Below, one piece after another: positions 38,501-55,760 of a DNA stretch of 64,000 bases. Both the position numbers and the translations under genes were made by a program. The stretch is taken from positions 36,084,001-36,148,000 of the forward strand of contig OZ024742.1 of the NCBI GenBank assembly GCA_964016885.1. The letters are read 5' to 3'. The DNA is from Eledone cirrhosa. Lineage: Eukaryota. How positions within the stretch are numbered: the first letter of the stretch is position 1; each line of letters opens with the position of its first letter. Below the pieces are notes generated by a model. That model had not been told where the DNA came from. It searched no databases and saw only the letters and a list, made by a program, of their open reading frames with translations.

Positions 38501-38976
38501 TGATGGGCAGGGTGATCCACTGGCACCTGTGCAAAGTAAACAATCTACCACATTCTGAGAAATGGTATGAGCATAGGCCAGAGGCGGTGATGGAGAACAG
38601 TCAGGTGAAGGTGCTGTGGGATTTTAGGATACAGACGGACAAAAAACTGGAACACAATAGACCTGACCTGGTGGTTATGGACAAAGAAAAAAGATCGTGC
38701 CTGATTGTGGATGTGGCCTGCCCGTTCGACACGAGAGTGCAAGAGAAGGAGAGGGAGAAAATTAACCGATACCAGGACCTAAAGTGGGAGGTGAAAAGGA
38801 TTTGGAACTGCCATGAAGTCAAAGTGATCCCGATTGTCATAGGCGCACTGGGGACTATCTCCAAAGGTTTCCAGGGATGGTTAAAGAAAATCGGCCCCTT
38901 CACGCTTTTTGGAACGCTTCAAAAGGCATGCTTGCTTGGAACAGCAAGAACCCTCCGATACGTCCTGAATATCTGA
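35584..38976 (+). CDS. Intact R4/Dong-type non-LTR retrotransposon ORF, element 2 (distinct family)
   Basis: 1130 aa open. WKSPGPDG, YRPITCL, GIFQGDSLSPLLF, FMDDLKL, CRIC..ETVAHIVSEC, RHD, NRPDLVV, KINRY. (TAA)n tail to 39092. Confidence 0.95.
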   Translation: METRTSCDRLSPNRCPLAQQQEPDCQPNTADVGGRRRRKGARTNWTKELNRTVMQCYLKSNPKERGYRRRMHNIWNEIGLFKLDEQKLAEQARVIRANGWISELELEELSRENGLEMAGVVCQTSEPVGNEGEEVLRTEEPPEADNDLNTEINNTWNRDTATEEMNADGLGQDSVDILNLVVDELNNDSGRPMNLRFVDRKKLKETTAKVNKVIPYLEARSLHQCNNILKATANTVRKLLGIKARGNNRQERAEPWWKKRLSGQIGEMRNDIGKLESLLNGTLKNIGTKNRLEIKYKTRSKKLNIIIEELKQRIVAKSAKIRRYENRVSQYKQNRMFDNNQKMLFGQLEGKERGNDLIPGAEQAKTFWRGIWEQDVRHNAQAGWIETVQREIGEKAQQQTDLSITVETLKGQAKKLTNWKSPGPDGVQGYWIKHLTSLHPKLTAMFNDCLVSGEVPEWLTKGTTVLIMKDRIKGNDVTNYRPITCLPVMWKLLTSIVSEEICHHLHTNNLLPDEQKGCRKKSRGTKDQLLIDKMVMGNCRRRHTDLAMGWIDYRKAFDMVPHSWITKSLEVFRVADNIRQLLGRSMGSWETELTSTGVSLGSVKIKRGIFQGDSLSPLLFVLALMPLTIMLRKVRAGYKLGRGELTINHLLFMDDLKLFGKSEKELDVLVDTVRIFSSDICMQFGIGKCGVIVMKRGRLSRSNGIHIPTGEMIKEIDSEEGYKYLGVLEADGIKNKKMKELLRTEYIRRVRSVLKSHLNSRNAISAVNSRAVSIIRYSAGILRWNVAEQKEMDRKTRKLLTIYNMFHKRSDVDRLYLRRSEGGRGLISIEDCVQMEKNNLYKYVTYSKEPMLRTVLKEGTVGQGMSKEEITSRRKSSLKGKSLHSTFFEKTEFRDPQTWNWLRRGDLKKATEGMLMAAQEQALKTKWLKHHIYKEEASPLCRICGEREETVAHIVSECKHLAQTHYKGWRHDVMGRVIHWHLCKVNNLPHSEKWYEHRPEAVMENSQVKVLWDFRIQTDKKLEHNRPDLVVMDKEKRSCLIVDVACPFDTRVQEKEREKINRYQDLKWEVKRIWNCHEVKVIPIVIGALGTISKGFQGWLKKIGPFTLFGTLQKACLLGTARTLRYVLNI

Positions 38977-39062
38977 GGCTGCAGGTAGTGGCTTGATATT
39001 CAATCCAACGGACTTTCCAGTTAACCAACATCAATGACTGAGATTCAAGGAATAACAATAAC

Positions 39063-44183
<5,121 letters not shown>

Positions 44184-44449
44184 AAGAAAACGCGCTTTTT
44201 TTTAAATATAAACTCTTTAAAACAAACCGTTTTGTATCGAAGGATCAGGCGTTGTCTCAAGTGGTATCAAAAGGGTTAATACAATTCAATTCTTGTATTA
44301 CTATCTGGTATATAGAATTAAAAAATGAGACGAAAGAGGAGTTGAAAATAAACGACAAAAATAGGTGAGTAGGAATAATCAGACAAATGTCAGCATTATC
44401 ATTACATGTTCTTGGCAAAGTATCAGCTAGGTGTGGATGGTACGTCACT

Positions 44450-44520
44450 GTCTCAGTGGAGAGAATTGCAAGTGCGTTACCCCTGAGAATAGCGAGTGAG
44501 ATGTGCTGAAAGAGTCACTC
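44450..44520 (-). pseudogene. CRE-clade RLE extreme C-terminal fragment
   Basis: Minus strand LFQHISLAILRGNALAILS. Confidence 0.65.
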
Positions 44521-44874
44521 TAACATTACTGTGACATATCCTTTGTAAACATCAGATAGATATTACATCGTAGTCTCAGCGGACGAAAATACGAATACGT
44601 TATTCCAGAGGATAATGAGGTAGAAATTTGTAGTTTATAGCTTATAGTTCATAGGAAGCATTGTGATATATATGGATGTTATTGTTTTGAGAAAGCCGGT
44701 ACAATGGAAATTTGAAATATAAGAGTGAAAACTAGAGTGTATGTATATATATTACATATATAAATACATACATATATCTATATATATATATTAAGATAAG
44801 CAGAACAAGTAAAATTCAACCAATTTTTCAAAATAAATTAAAAAATATAATATAAATATTTACCTCTTCTAATG

Positions 44875-44955
44875 GCCCTTACTGATCAGTTTCGCTTTGT
44901 AAAACCCCAGAATCCAATGGATATCTGATGGAAAACCAAAGCTCATCAGAGAAGC
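44875..44955 (-). ncRNA. Hammerhead ribozyme (family D) in an inverted terminal repeat (44790-45235) upstream of the Penelope ORF
   Basis: TTCT-CTGATGA-GCTTTG...CAAAGC-GAAAC-TGATCA-GTA-AGGG, with palindromic stem III ACTGATCAGT and GUA triplet. Confidence 0.85.
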
Positions 44956-46278
44956 ATTTTCCTTTCCTAGGGCTAAACGACCCAGGAACGATAAAATATA
45001 TGATCTTCTGCCAGCTAATACAGGTCTGAAAGGTCGTAAAAGTGACCCGTATGTAAACCGGACCGAAGTAAAAGCGGGAAACCATAGACTTACTGTCTAT
45101 AATTACTACCAAAAAAAAACGATCATCACATCGATCGTGCCTCAAGCTGGTCGCCAGAGAAACGATTGTAATATGTCTAATAAATTCCATTCGTCGCAGC
45201 ACTGATTCTCTTTTTTCCAGTGATATCATACTCTGGTCTATGAGAGCATCGAGTGCTCATACAGCCTACCTCAAAGACACCTTAGGGAAAGAATGGCATT
45301 GGAAAAAATGAAGACAGAAATTGAACTTCTTAAATTGAGGGCTCAGACAAATGAGGAAAAAATCAAAACCATCGATGAAGAGATCCTCCTGGAAATCAAC
45401 AATAAAACTGAAGGCCCCAAGGTAGAGAAGATCTCCAAATTATGGAAAGGGGACTGCAACAGAGAAGAACTGAAATCCCTTCAACGCTGGGAAAAAAGTG
45501 CCGCTTGGTTCCTACACTATGAATCGACTTTTCAAACGGATTACACCTCCAATAACCCGTTCATAAAAATAGGAAAACCCATAACTGAACCGCACAACAA
45601 CTTCGCAAACCCCCAAGCCACTAACAAACGAAGAAGGAAGCACCACACCGAAGATGAACTTCCCAACCTCGCTACCATAAGAAGGAACAAAAACCCTAGA
45701 AATCATCTCCTCCAGAATGACATTTACAACTTTCCCTTCAAGGAGACACCATACCAAATCACTCAACTACTACGCGGATGCCTCATCGTCAAACATAGGG
45801 AAAAGATACCACCACCATGATAGATGTAACAACTTCCCCGCTTCAAGGGGACAGCAAGGTAATTTCCATTTTCTCAACTCTCGCTTCCACAATACACAAC
45901 AAACCCACACCACACGATACAACCAACAACGTAGGCCACCTATAACACCACAACCCAACATGGCACATAGAAACACACACCCATACTCGCAGTACAGGAA
46001 CACCCCATTCAATCTACAACCACCAACCCGAACCACATTTTACAACAACAAGGAATATAACAAACACAGGAGACCACTTAACATCAGCAGACAACCCCTC
46101 TACCCCAACCATTTTTTAGACACAGCACACAGATACAGGCAAACAAAATAACACAAGACAGGGAGGAGAAACCGATAGTAATAAAAATTATCAATCTAAC
46201 TAGTGCAGAACCAACACCCAACCTTATCAACTTACTCTCCAAAGGTTTTAAATTCACACCGACCCCTACTACTATGAA

Positions 46279-48426
46279 ATGAAGGAAGACATCACAGACT
46301 TCTGTAGAAAGTTACGACTCAGTGAAAAACTATTCGACCAGTACAATGAGGATGAATCATTAGCCAGAAATAGAAGCAATTACACCCCATCAAAAGGTAG
46401 AAATAAAATCCTGGCCGAATTCTGTGAACACATCACAGACTTCCCTTACCAACACTTGCACAGACAAAAACACAAGCCAAACCTCAACAAGAAAGAATGG
46501 GAAGAATTAAATAGATTAAAAACCGACAGAACCATTACAATTAAAGAGGCTGATAAAGAGAGTACAGTAGTCCTAATGGAGACAGAATTCTATATCAACT
46601 TAGCGCTCTCCACTTTGGAAAACGAAACATACTACGAAAAGGCTGAACACTACAATCAACAGAAAATTATGAGAAACCTAAAAACTCTGATCAACCAATA
46701 CAAAGAAGGACTCACTAACAAGGAATTCAGCTTCATCACAGACTTCACAAGTAAATCCAGCTTTTTCTACGGTATCCCTAAAGTACATAAAAGCGAATTA
46801 ATAAGTAAGGCATGCAAGGAAGCCACAGATATAGTCATCAATGTCCCCTCACGCAATGATCTCAAATTAAGACCTATAATAGCAGGCCCCGCTTGCGAAA
46901 CCCACCGCCTTAGCAACTTCATTGATACCCTTCTCAAGCCTTTTCTCAAACACATCAAAAGCTATATAAGGGACGACCTAGATATGCTCAATCACCTCCC
47001 TAATATGCCCCTTTCTGAACAAACCCTACTAGTGACGTTCGATGTAGTCAACCTATACTCCAACATCCCCCACAACCTAGGAATAGAAGCTATCCAATTC
47101 TGGCTGGATAATTACCACAATGAACTCCCACAACGCATCAAAAAAGAATTCGTGATAGAGGGACTCAAAATTACCTTGGAGAACAATTACTTCGTTTTCA
47201 ATAACAAACCCTACAGGCAGAAATCTGGGACCGCTATGGGAACAAAAACAGCCCCCACTTATGCCAATCTAGTCATGGGATACCTGGAAATCACCCTCTA
47301 CACTAAAGTCCTAAACAAATTTGGAAACACTCTCCACTTACACATAGAAAGGAACTGGAAGCGATATCTAGATGACTGCTTCATCCTTTGGCACGAAAAC
47401 ATCGAAAAACTTAAAGAATTTCACACCCTTATAAATGGGCTCAACAAGAATATTAACTTCACGATGGAATACAGCAATAAACAACTCCCCTTCCTCGACA
47501 TCCTCATTAAGATCCATAACAAAAAAATAGAAACAGACATATACTACAAGCCCACAGACTCCAAGCAATATCTTCCTTTCAACTCTTGCCACCCTAGACA
47601 CGTTAAAATTAATATTCCCTACAACTTAGCCAAGAGAATCTGTACTATAGTCTCCAATAAAAACACCTGCTGCTTACGGCTACAAGAAATAAAGGACACA
47701 CTCATAGGCAGGGACTACCCTGCATCACTAATTGACAATGGAATCCAACGTGCCCTAAAACTCAGTACCCAGGACCTTAGACACCCTAAAGTAAATCAAC
47801 CGAAACTAAAAGCTCTTCCATACATCTCCACACACAACACCCTCAACAATGAGGCCTTTGACACCATCCTCCAGAACATCCCTGTGTTGAAAAAGGACCA
47901 TAGAATGAACCAAATCCTACGAACACACGATATCATAAAGAGCAAAAGACAATCTAAGTCAATGAAAAACATCATAACACACGCCAAAGTACTGCCAACC
48001 ACAACAACGAAACCCACAGTAAAAAAATTCGATAGACCCAACTGTGGCATATGCATCAACCTAATAGAGGGTTCGGAATTCTATTTCAAAGAAGGACAAC
48101 GTTTTATAGTACAAGACAATTTCACATGCGCATCAGAAAATCTAATATATGTATTAACTTGCTCAGGTTGTCGAGAACAATACATAGGCCAGACCCAAAA
48201 CAGCCTCCACCAACGCATGACTGTCCATAGATCCCAAATTAAAATACGGGAATACAGGAAAATACCACTGAGTGAACACATTGATACCTGTGCCGCTCAA
48301 AATCATCCCAACTTCAGAATCTTTCCCCTCTACAAATGTAAAGATAATGCCACCCACACCCAGCGCATCAGCAAGGAATCTTACTTTATTAACAAATACG
48401 GACCCCGTCTAAACACTTCTCCCTAA
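46279..48426 (+). CDS. Penelope-like reverse transcriptase + GIY-YIG endonuclease
   Basis: IKEADK, FYGIPKVHK, LRPII, FDVVNLYSNI, YRQKSGTAMG, RYLDDCF, LPFLD, YYKPTD, SCHP; RPNCGIC linker; NLIYVLTCSGCREQYIGQT...RMTVH...E.YFI...LN. Confidence 0.93.
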   Translation: MKEDITDFCRKLRLSEKLFDQYNEDESLARNRSNYTPSKGRNKILAEFCEHITDFPYQHLHRQKHKPNLNKKEWEELNRLKTDRTITIKEADKESTVVLMETEFYINLALSTLENETYYEKAEHYNQQKIMRNLKTLINQYKEGLTNKEFSFITDFTSKSSFFYGIPKVHKSELISKACKEATDIVINVPSRNDLKLRPIIAGPACETHRLSNFIDTLLKPFLKHIKSYIRDDLDMLNHLPNMPLSEQTLLVTFDVVNLYSNIPHNLGIEAIQFWLDNYHNELPQRIKKEFVIEGLKITLENNYFVFNNKPYRQKSGTAMGTKTAPTYANLVMGYLEITLYTKVLNKFGNTLHLHIERNWKRYLDDCFILWHENIEKLKEFHTLINGLNKNINFTMEYSNKQLPFLDILIKIHNKKIETDIYYKPTDSKQYLPFNSCHPRHVKINIPYNLAKRICTIVSNKNTCCLRLQEIKDTLIGRDYPASLIDNGIQRALKLSTQDLRHPKVNQPKLKALPYISTHNTLNNEAFDTILQNIPVLKKDHRMNQILRTHDIIKSKRQSKSMKNIITHAKVLPTTTTKPTVKKFDRPNCGICINLIEGSEFYFKEGQRFIVQDNFTCASENLIYVLTCSGCREQYIGQTQNSLHQRMTVHRSQIKIREYRKIPLSEHIDTCAAQNHPNFRIFPLYKCKDNATHTQRISKESYFINKYGPRLNTSP

Positions 48427-49111
48427 GACGAACCCACAACATACACACGTCAACATACATACCTACATCAGCACCTACATACATCTCTATCCACATATAA
48501 ACACAATGACATACGTAAACACACATGTTCTATGGTGCAACACAAATATACACAAATTTGCATACCTTTTGATATCTATAGATATAAACGTGCCGACACA
48601 CACATACATGAACGCACACATGCATTGCACACTGATGGGCACATACATATTTGTACACAAGTATTCCAATACGGCAAGGCCTAATGGATTCCCCTTGCAG
48701 TACGTACAATCTGGACACACTCACACACACCTTGGTATTATGCCAATACTATATATCATTTCACACCTTTTATTATTAAGGTTTTTGATGTTCTATTGAG
48801 AGAATCGATTTTACTGAAAATATCGAATAATGTACACCATTTCACCAGTATCACAAAAATAATTACTGGTCCACCCACACACACACATACACATTCTCAC
48901 ACACACACACGTGTATGCGCACACACGCACATATATACACGCACACATACACACGCGTACATTAACATACAAAGAGACATATATGCACACATACACACAC
49001 ACTTCTCCGTATAAGACAAGAGCTGAAAAATATCTTTTAACATGTTAAAATATCCCCCACACACTTACAGACACATTCCTACTGACCATCCCTCTACCAC
49101 GAATTACTCTG

Positions 49112-49146
<35 letters not shown>

Positions 49147-49511
49147 TCTTAATAGGCATTTGAACTGTCAACAGGCTGCGGTTCGCACACACATCCCTGC
49201 TGGCCATTATCACAACTACGAACCTCTTTACTACTACTACACACACACATATTTGTTTTGAAAGACTTATTTTTCAGTGACTTCTCAATCAGCCGACACA
49301 AACCTACATTTGGCGCAAAATCAATTTTTAACATTCACATGACCTCTACCGACCAATCAAAATTGTTTTGACCACAAGAAATTTTGCAACACGAATTGGC
49401 GCAAAACTTATTTTAATACCGCTGGAGCCACTTTTTTAACATAAAAACAGGTAGAATTTCCAAAACTAATCAGATCAGAGCAAACAGCACGGACACTCTA
49501 TCTCAAAATTA

Positions 49512-49547
49512 TTTTTGAAAAGCATTAGAAATGCGCAACCGGTAAAA
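49512..49547 (+). ncRNA. Variant hammerhead motif (U3-A8 core, GCAA) in the Penelope 3' repeat
   Basis: TTT-TTGAAAA-GCATT-AGA-AATGC-GCAAC-CG-GTA-AAA, with palindromic ACCGGT. The same core occurs at 25660-25697, 58295-58332 and their mirror arms. Confidence 0.6.
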
Positions 49548-49587
49548 CTTAAAACCAAAACTGAATACTAACCAATACTATTACTAA

Positions 49588-49774
49588 GGGCGGTGGATTG
49601 GCAGTATTGGTAGAGGGTCGGACGCCATGCTTTGACGTATAGAGTTACGGCCCTTGCCTTTCTGAGTTCAAATCCCGCCAAGGTTAACTTTGCCTTTCAT
49701 CCTTACGGGGTCGATAAAATAAAGTACCAGTAATGCACTGGATAATTGCTGGCCTTGTGCCTAACGTAGAAACA
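49588..49774 (+). mobile_element. Full-length S1 SINE with 11-bp target-site duplication
   Basis: ACTATTACTAA at 49577-49587 and 49775-49785. It interrupts the family F repeat, which is uninterrupted at about 25740. Confidence 0.92.
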
Positions 49775-49853
49775 ACTATTACTAATTCTCACTTATTCCT
49801 AATTAAACTATTTTTCACTGTGAACAATTTGTCAGCATTTTCTTTTCCGTTTA

Positions 49854-49908
<55 letters not shown>

Positions 49909-49986
49909 TTAACGTTGAAAGAGATGAAAGGCCAAACAATGCAAAATGGACTGTAAGATATTTCAAGGAAACTATAACATTTTATT

Positions 49987-50078
<92 letters not shown>

Positions 50079-50113
50079 CTCCTTTGTGATCCTATCTCTA
50101 TCTCTATTTTGTA

Positions 50114-50146
50114 CTCCTGAAGAAGGGCTTAAGCCCGTCACGTCGA
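50114..50146 (+). ncRNA. Decayed minimal hammerhead motif
   Basis: TC-CTGAAGA-A-GGGC-TTAA-GCCC-GTCAC-GTC-GA; GAAAC has become GTCAC. Confidence 0.55.
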
Positions 50147-50219
50147 AATCTATTTCTCCTTTACCGTATAAAGCGTGAAACTAATAAGACATTTTATACC
50201 TCTGTTTGTTGTCTTCCTG

Positions 50220-50335
<116 letters not shown>

Positions 50336-50443
50336 AGTGTAACGTCCAGTTACTGATGGTTCAACAGAGTGATAGAGGTGTAGAAGAAAGAGGAGTGTAA
50401 TAATAATAAAAAGGACGATAGGCTTTCATTACGTTTATTGAAT

Positions 50444-50528
50444 AGTGACGCGCGTTTCGCTACTGATCAGCTCAATGTTCGATCTGTATCGATCTAGCCC
50501 GACTCTGGAATCAAAAGCTCGTCGGACC
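50444..50528 (-). ncRNA. Hammerhead ribozyme with CCGACGA core and extended stem II (family G)
   Basis: GGT-CCGACGA-GCT-TT-TGATT...GATCA-GT-AGC-GAAAC-GCGC-GTC-ACT. A relative lies at 12665-12730(+). Enclosed by inverted repeat 50411-50445/50571-50608. Confidence 0.7.
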
Positions 50529-50619
50529 TCTGTTGTGGTAATGACAGAATGAACCTCTTAAGGCGTTTTTCTACTCAATAAACGTAATGAAGACATAACA
50601 TCGTCCTTGTTATCCTTAT

Positions 50620-50800
50620 TGGATTGGCAATATCGATAGAGGGTCGGACGCCATGCTTTGCACCATAGAGTTACGGCCCTTTATGATCTGAGCTTAAATC
50701 CCGCCGAAGTAAACTTTGCCTTTCATCCTTATGGGTCGATAAAATAAAGTACCAGTAATACACTGCGTAATTGCTGGCCTTGTGTCAAAAGTAGAAACAA
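50620..50800 (+). mobile_element. S1 SINE, followed by a second S1 head (50821-50900)
   Basis: Same head and body as 49588 and 60505. Confidence 0.88.
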
Positions 50801-50899
50801 TTATTATTATTATTATTATTATTGGCAGTATCGGTAGAGCGTCGGGCACCATGCTTCGTGACATAGAGTTGCGTCCCTTTGCGTTCTTAGTTCAAATCC

Positions 50900-52612
50900 C
50901 TGAAAACGGGCCCGAAACCGGCTGCCTCGAGGACCGCCGCCAGGTACCGATAGTCGACCCTATCGAATGCTTTGGATTAATCCAAGTTGATCAGAGCCCC
51001 ACCCGTGCCAGGTCCCTTAACCACCCTCTCTATGATGTATCGCATGAGGTGGAGATTGTCGTGTATGGATCTGTCCGGAATGGCCCATGTCTGCGCCTCT
51101 CCCACCAGACCCTTGACGACAAGCGCCAACCTCGTTGCTAACACCTTGGCCAAAATCTTGAACTCTGCGTTTAGCAGGGTTATGGGCCTGAAATTATCGA
51201 TAACATCCTCCTTGTTCGGGTCTTTTCTCAGCAGCGCCACTGCTCCCCGGCTCACAAAACTGGGAATGCTCCCGTTCTGCTGCCAGTTGCAGTAGACGTC
51301 TGCCAAGAGGTTACCGAACAAGTCTGGCATAAATGCATAAAGCTCGTAGGGCAGACCATCCAAACCTGGCGATTTACCCCTTGTGCAGTTAGCCATCGCT
51401 TCCCGTATTTCACCGACTGTTATTGGCTTTTCGCAACACTGTGCTGCGGTCATCGAGAGCCGAGGCAGTCCGTCGAGGTATGCACTGAAGTCCATGCCCC
51501 GATCCGGCCCGCCGCTTCTCCCGAACAGTTCAGCAAAGTGCTGCTGAAAAGCTTCACACATCCGCTCGGCTTCGAGCATCACGCACCCGTTTTGGTCAGA
51601 CAAAGACCGAATTGTGGCTTTGTTGCCACGTCGCACCTCTGCCACCCGGGCCAATTGGACGGCTTTTGTCCCCTCGTGTTTCAGAGCACGCGCTCTAGCT
51701 CTGACAACGCAGCCTTCGTGTTTTGCGCTGAAGAATTGGTCGAGTGCCAATCTCGCCGCAAGAACGTCGGTTGCGATGCCTGTCCTAAACGCCTCTTCTA
51801 GCTTTCTGACTAGCTCTCCCTCTACTCTATTTTCCTCTATCACTACTCCTTTGCTAAACCTAATCGACTCTACTTTAATTGCCCTTTTCAGTGCGAACCA
51901 CCACCTGCTGTTGACGACCGCTCCCGTCAACGCCCACTTAACTAATACGCTAATCCAGTCTCTGTAGGCTTTGCGCGCCGGGAAAGACGCGTTCAGCTTC
52001 CAGTAACCAGGCCCTTCTCTATGAAGTCTGTCTATGTCGATCTCACAGATCACAAATTTGTGGTCTGTGTAGTCGACTATTTTAAATTGTGGACAACTTA
52101 TACTAGCCTTATCTAGTTCTCTGCAGAATACCCTATCGAGATACGATCTGGATGACCCGATGCGGTTTGCCCATGTCCACATTGGCACATTCGGATAATC
52201 CAGTCTATACCTGTCAGACAGTTCAAAACGTCTGAGCAGGTTATTGAGACTTTTACACCCTCCTGCCCTGTCTACTAGCCCCACATGATCCCAGCGTGCA
52301 TCTAAGATACCGTTCTAGTCGCCCACTAACACTAAAGAGCGGGACGTTCCAAGAAAGGTCTCTAGACGTCTGAAGAAATCTGGCCGTCCTACCCCAGTTG
52401 GGGCGTAGACGGCTACTAACCTGAAAGCATTGCCTTCGCTGCCGGTCACGTCCAGCACCACCGACTTACCTTCTGGGTCCAGGAAGATGGCCCGTATGGC
52501 GAGATCCAAACCTCTCCGAAAAAGCACTGCCACTCCTCCCCCCGAGCCTGGGGGGCTGGGAGATGCGTATACATCGTAGCCACCGAAGGTCGGCGCGAAG
52601 GCTCGTGCTTCG
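50900..52612 (-). pseudogene. Second Tx1-clade ORF2 fragment (APE to RT N-half), sister subfamily of 8685-12116
   Basis: AFRLVAVYAPTG, YLDRVF, TDHKFV, GPGYWKLN, KSPGLDGLPYE, NFRPITLLN. Confidence 0.92.
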
Positions 52613-52760
52613 AATAATAAATCCGAAGATCAAAATCCAAAGAATTTCCGGTGATCCCACTTAGGGGGAAATCAGAAATTGTTTGGTAAAACTTTTAATC
52701 TGTACTAATAATATATATATATACACCCACACATATATATATATAAGTTCTATTATATAA

Positions 52761-52905
52761 ACTAGCAGAAAAAGCACCCTAAGAGTGGTTTTCTGCTAGC
52801 ATGTGTAGTGTGTATATTGATATTATACGCAAGTATATATGTATGTAGATATGATACTTCAAATAAAATCGTAATTGACAATATAAACAGAAATTGAACG
52901 AAGAC
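52761..52905 (-). mobile_element. Helitron-like 3' terminus, second copy
   Basis: Reverse complement matches 16935-17077 including hairpin and CTAGT. Confidence 0.55.
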
Positions 52906-53728
<823 letters not shown>

Positions 53729-53856
53729 ATGTGTCAACATACATTCAAGTATACATATATAAAGACAAACATACAACTATCTATAAGTATTTATATATAT
53801 AACTTTGGCGTGGGATGCCACGATTTCTCCACACCTATTTCTTCTATTGTTATACT

Positions 53857-54328
53857 TCCAGCTGGATCAACTGAAGACATTTGCTTCCGACAACACTCGC
53901 TAGGGGGCGTACTTGAGGACTATGACCCCCACGACCTTTCGAGGAATATGTAGAAGAAGAAGAAGAAGAAGAAGAAGAAGAAGAAGAAGAAGAAGAAGAA
54001 GAAGAAGAAGAAGAAGAAGAAGGGGAGTAGAAGAAGAAGAAGAAGAAGAAGAAGAAGAAGAAGAAGAAGAAGAAGAAGAAGAAGAAGAAGAAGAAGAAGA
54101 AGAAGAAGAAGAAGAAGAAGGGGAGTAGAAGAAAAGAAGAAGAAGAAGAAGAAGAAGAAGAAGAAGAAGAAGGGGAGTAGAAGAAAAGAAGAAGAAGAAG
54201 AAGAAGAAGAAGAAGAAGAAGAAGAAGAAGAAGAAGAAGAAGAAAAAGAAGAAGAAGAAGAAGAAGAAAAGAAGAAGAAGAAGAAGAAGAAGAAGAAGAA
54301 GAAGAAGAAGAAGAAGAAGAAGAAGAAG
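53857..54328 (+). repeat. LINE 3' end with expanded compound (GAA)n tail interrupted by GGGGAGTA
   Basis: Homologous to 27319-27520(-); about 375 bp of GAA repeat. Confidence 0.75.
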
Positions 54329-54359
54329 ATTTTTATACTCCTGACTAGTAATTAATTAT

Positions 54360-54452
54360 TGTATGGTGTATATATTGGATTCTGTGTATATTGGATGGTG
54401 TATATATTGGATGGTGTATATATTGGATGCTGTGTATATTGGATGGTGTATA
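54360..54452. repeat. 18-bp minisatellite GGTGTATATATTGGAT-like, about 5 copies
   Basis: Directly visible. Confidence 0.8.
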
Positions 54453-54749
54453 TAAGGTGTATATGTTTTGTTTGCTTTTATCATTTAATATTACATATTT
54501 TAACTTTCTCTTTTGTTTTCTATTTTATCTTCTATTCCTCTCCCACAGAAACAGAGAATTATCAAGAATTATCAAGATTTGAAGAGATTTCTATGTCAGC
54601 CACGGATAGGGAGGAACACAACGGAACGGGAGCTCCAACATCATTAATGAACGATATAGTAACATTTCATAGAATGTATAATATATAGGCTACATGCTAC
54701 GAAATAAATATATATACACACACAGAGAGATACACATACACACGCCCCT

Positions 54750-54817
<68 letters not shown>

Positions 54818-54826
54818 CAAGAAGGA

Positions 54827-54866
<40 letters not shown>

Positions 54867-54873
54867 CACACTC

Positions 54874-54904
<31 letters not shown>

Positions 54905-55184
54905 ATATGTACATACACACACACACACACATATATATCTATATATATATATCTATATATAAATCAAGATGGATGCAGTAAGAAACTGGTTAGACCATTA
55001 CTCATCAGAGTAATAGAATATGGTTATATGAATGAGTCATGACCCGGACGGCTGAGCTATTGCCGTTTCAACCGCTGGTTATATAATATATATATATATA
55101 TATGGGATAACAAATTATCGTTATAGGTAATCCAGTTAGAGGTTGTGAGTACTCTGTACTGTGGATAGTTTTAACATACGGCGT

Positions 55185-55290
55185 TATTCCGATGATTTGA
55201 TTAATCATACACTGTATTTAAGATTGAGTGACACAACTTCAAGTGATTAGCAATCTTTAGACATCCTAATCAATGAAACAATTGTTAATA
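55185..55290 (+). ncRNA. Hammerhead ribozyme with CCGATGA core and long stem II (family H)
   Basis: TATT-CCGATGA-T-TTGATTA...TAATCAA-T-GAAAC-AATT-GTT-AATA, with palindromic ACAATTGT. A diverged relative at 24150-24370 retains GAAACAATTGTC. Confidence 0.72.
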
Positions 55291-55340
55291 CAGTAAATAA
55301 AACCCTTTTTGTACTGTTGACCATGTTATTCTTCACTCTT

Positions 55341-55416
<76 letters not shown>

Positions 55417-55417
55417 C

Positions 55418-55463
<46 letters not shown>

Positions 55464-55542
55464 ATATGTATATATATACACACATATATATACACACATA
55501 TATATATATATATATATGTGTCTATATATATATACATATATA

Positions 55543-55715
55543 CGTGAGGTTGTGAGTTCGATTCCAAGAACAAGCGATGCGTTATGTCCTTGGGCAAGAC
55601 ACTTTATTTTACATTGCTCCTTCTACCTGGAGTTGCGACCGATAGAGAGTATTAGCAATTAGAAAGATTAATGGAAACATCGTTTCCCCGGTCCGATTTA
55701 ACAAAAGTCGATCGA
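55543..55715 (+). mobile_element. S2 SINE, 5'-truncated
   Basis: GAGTTCGATTCC B-box and the same body as 14199-14420. Confidence 0.85.
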
Positions 55716-55724
55716 CTGTCTATG

Positions 55725-55760
<36 letters not shown>

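Larger units (their letters stand above)
45250..49860 (+). mobile_element. Penelope-like element (Neptune-like), N-terminal region frameshifted, with 3' UTR and terminal repeat ending in (TA)n
   Basis: Broken upstream ORFs 45293-46151, NLLSKGFKFTPTP motif before the main ORF, and 3' repeat with an HHR-like motif. Confidence 0.85.

Noticed and set aside
49588-49680. SINE heads as tRNA genes
   Set aside because: A/B boxes are present but they continue into a shared SINE body with TSDs; no intact cloverleaf is evident.
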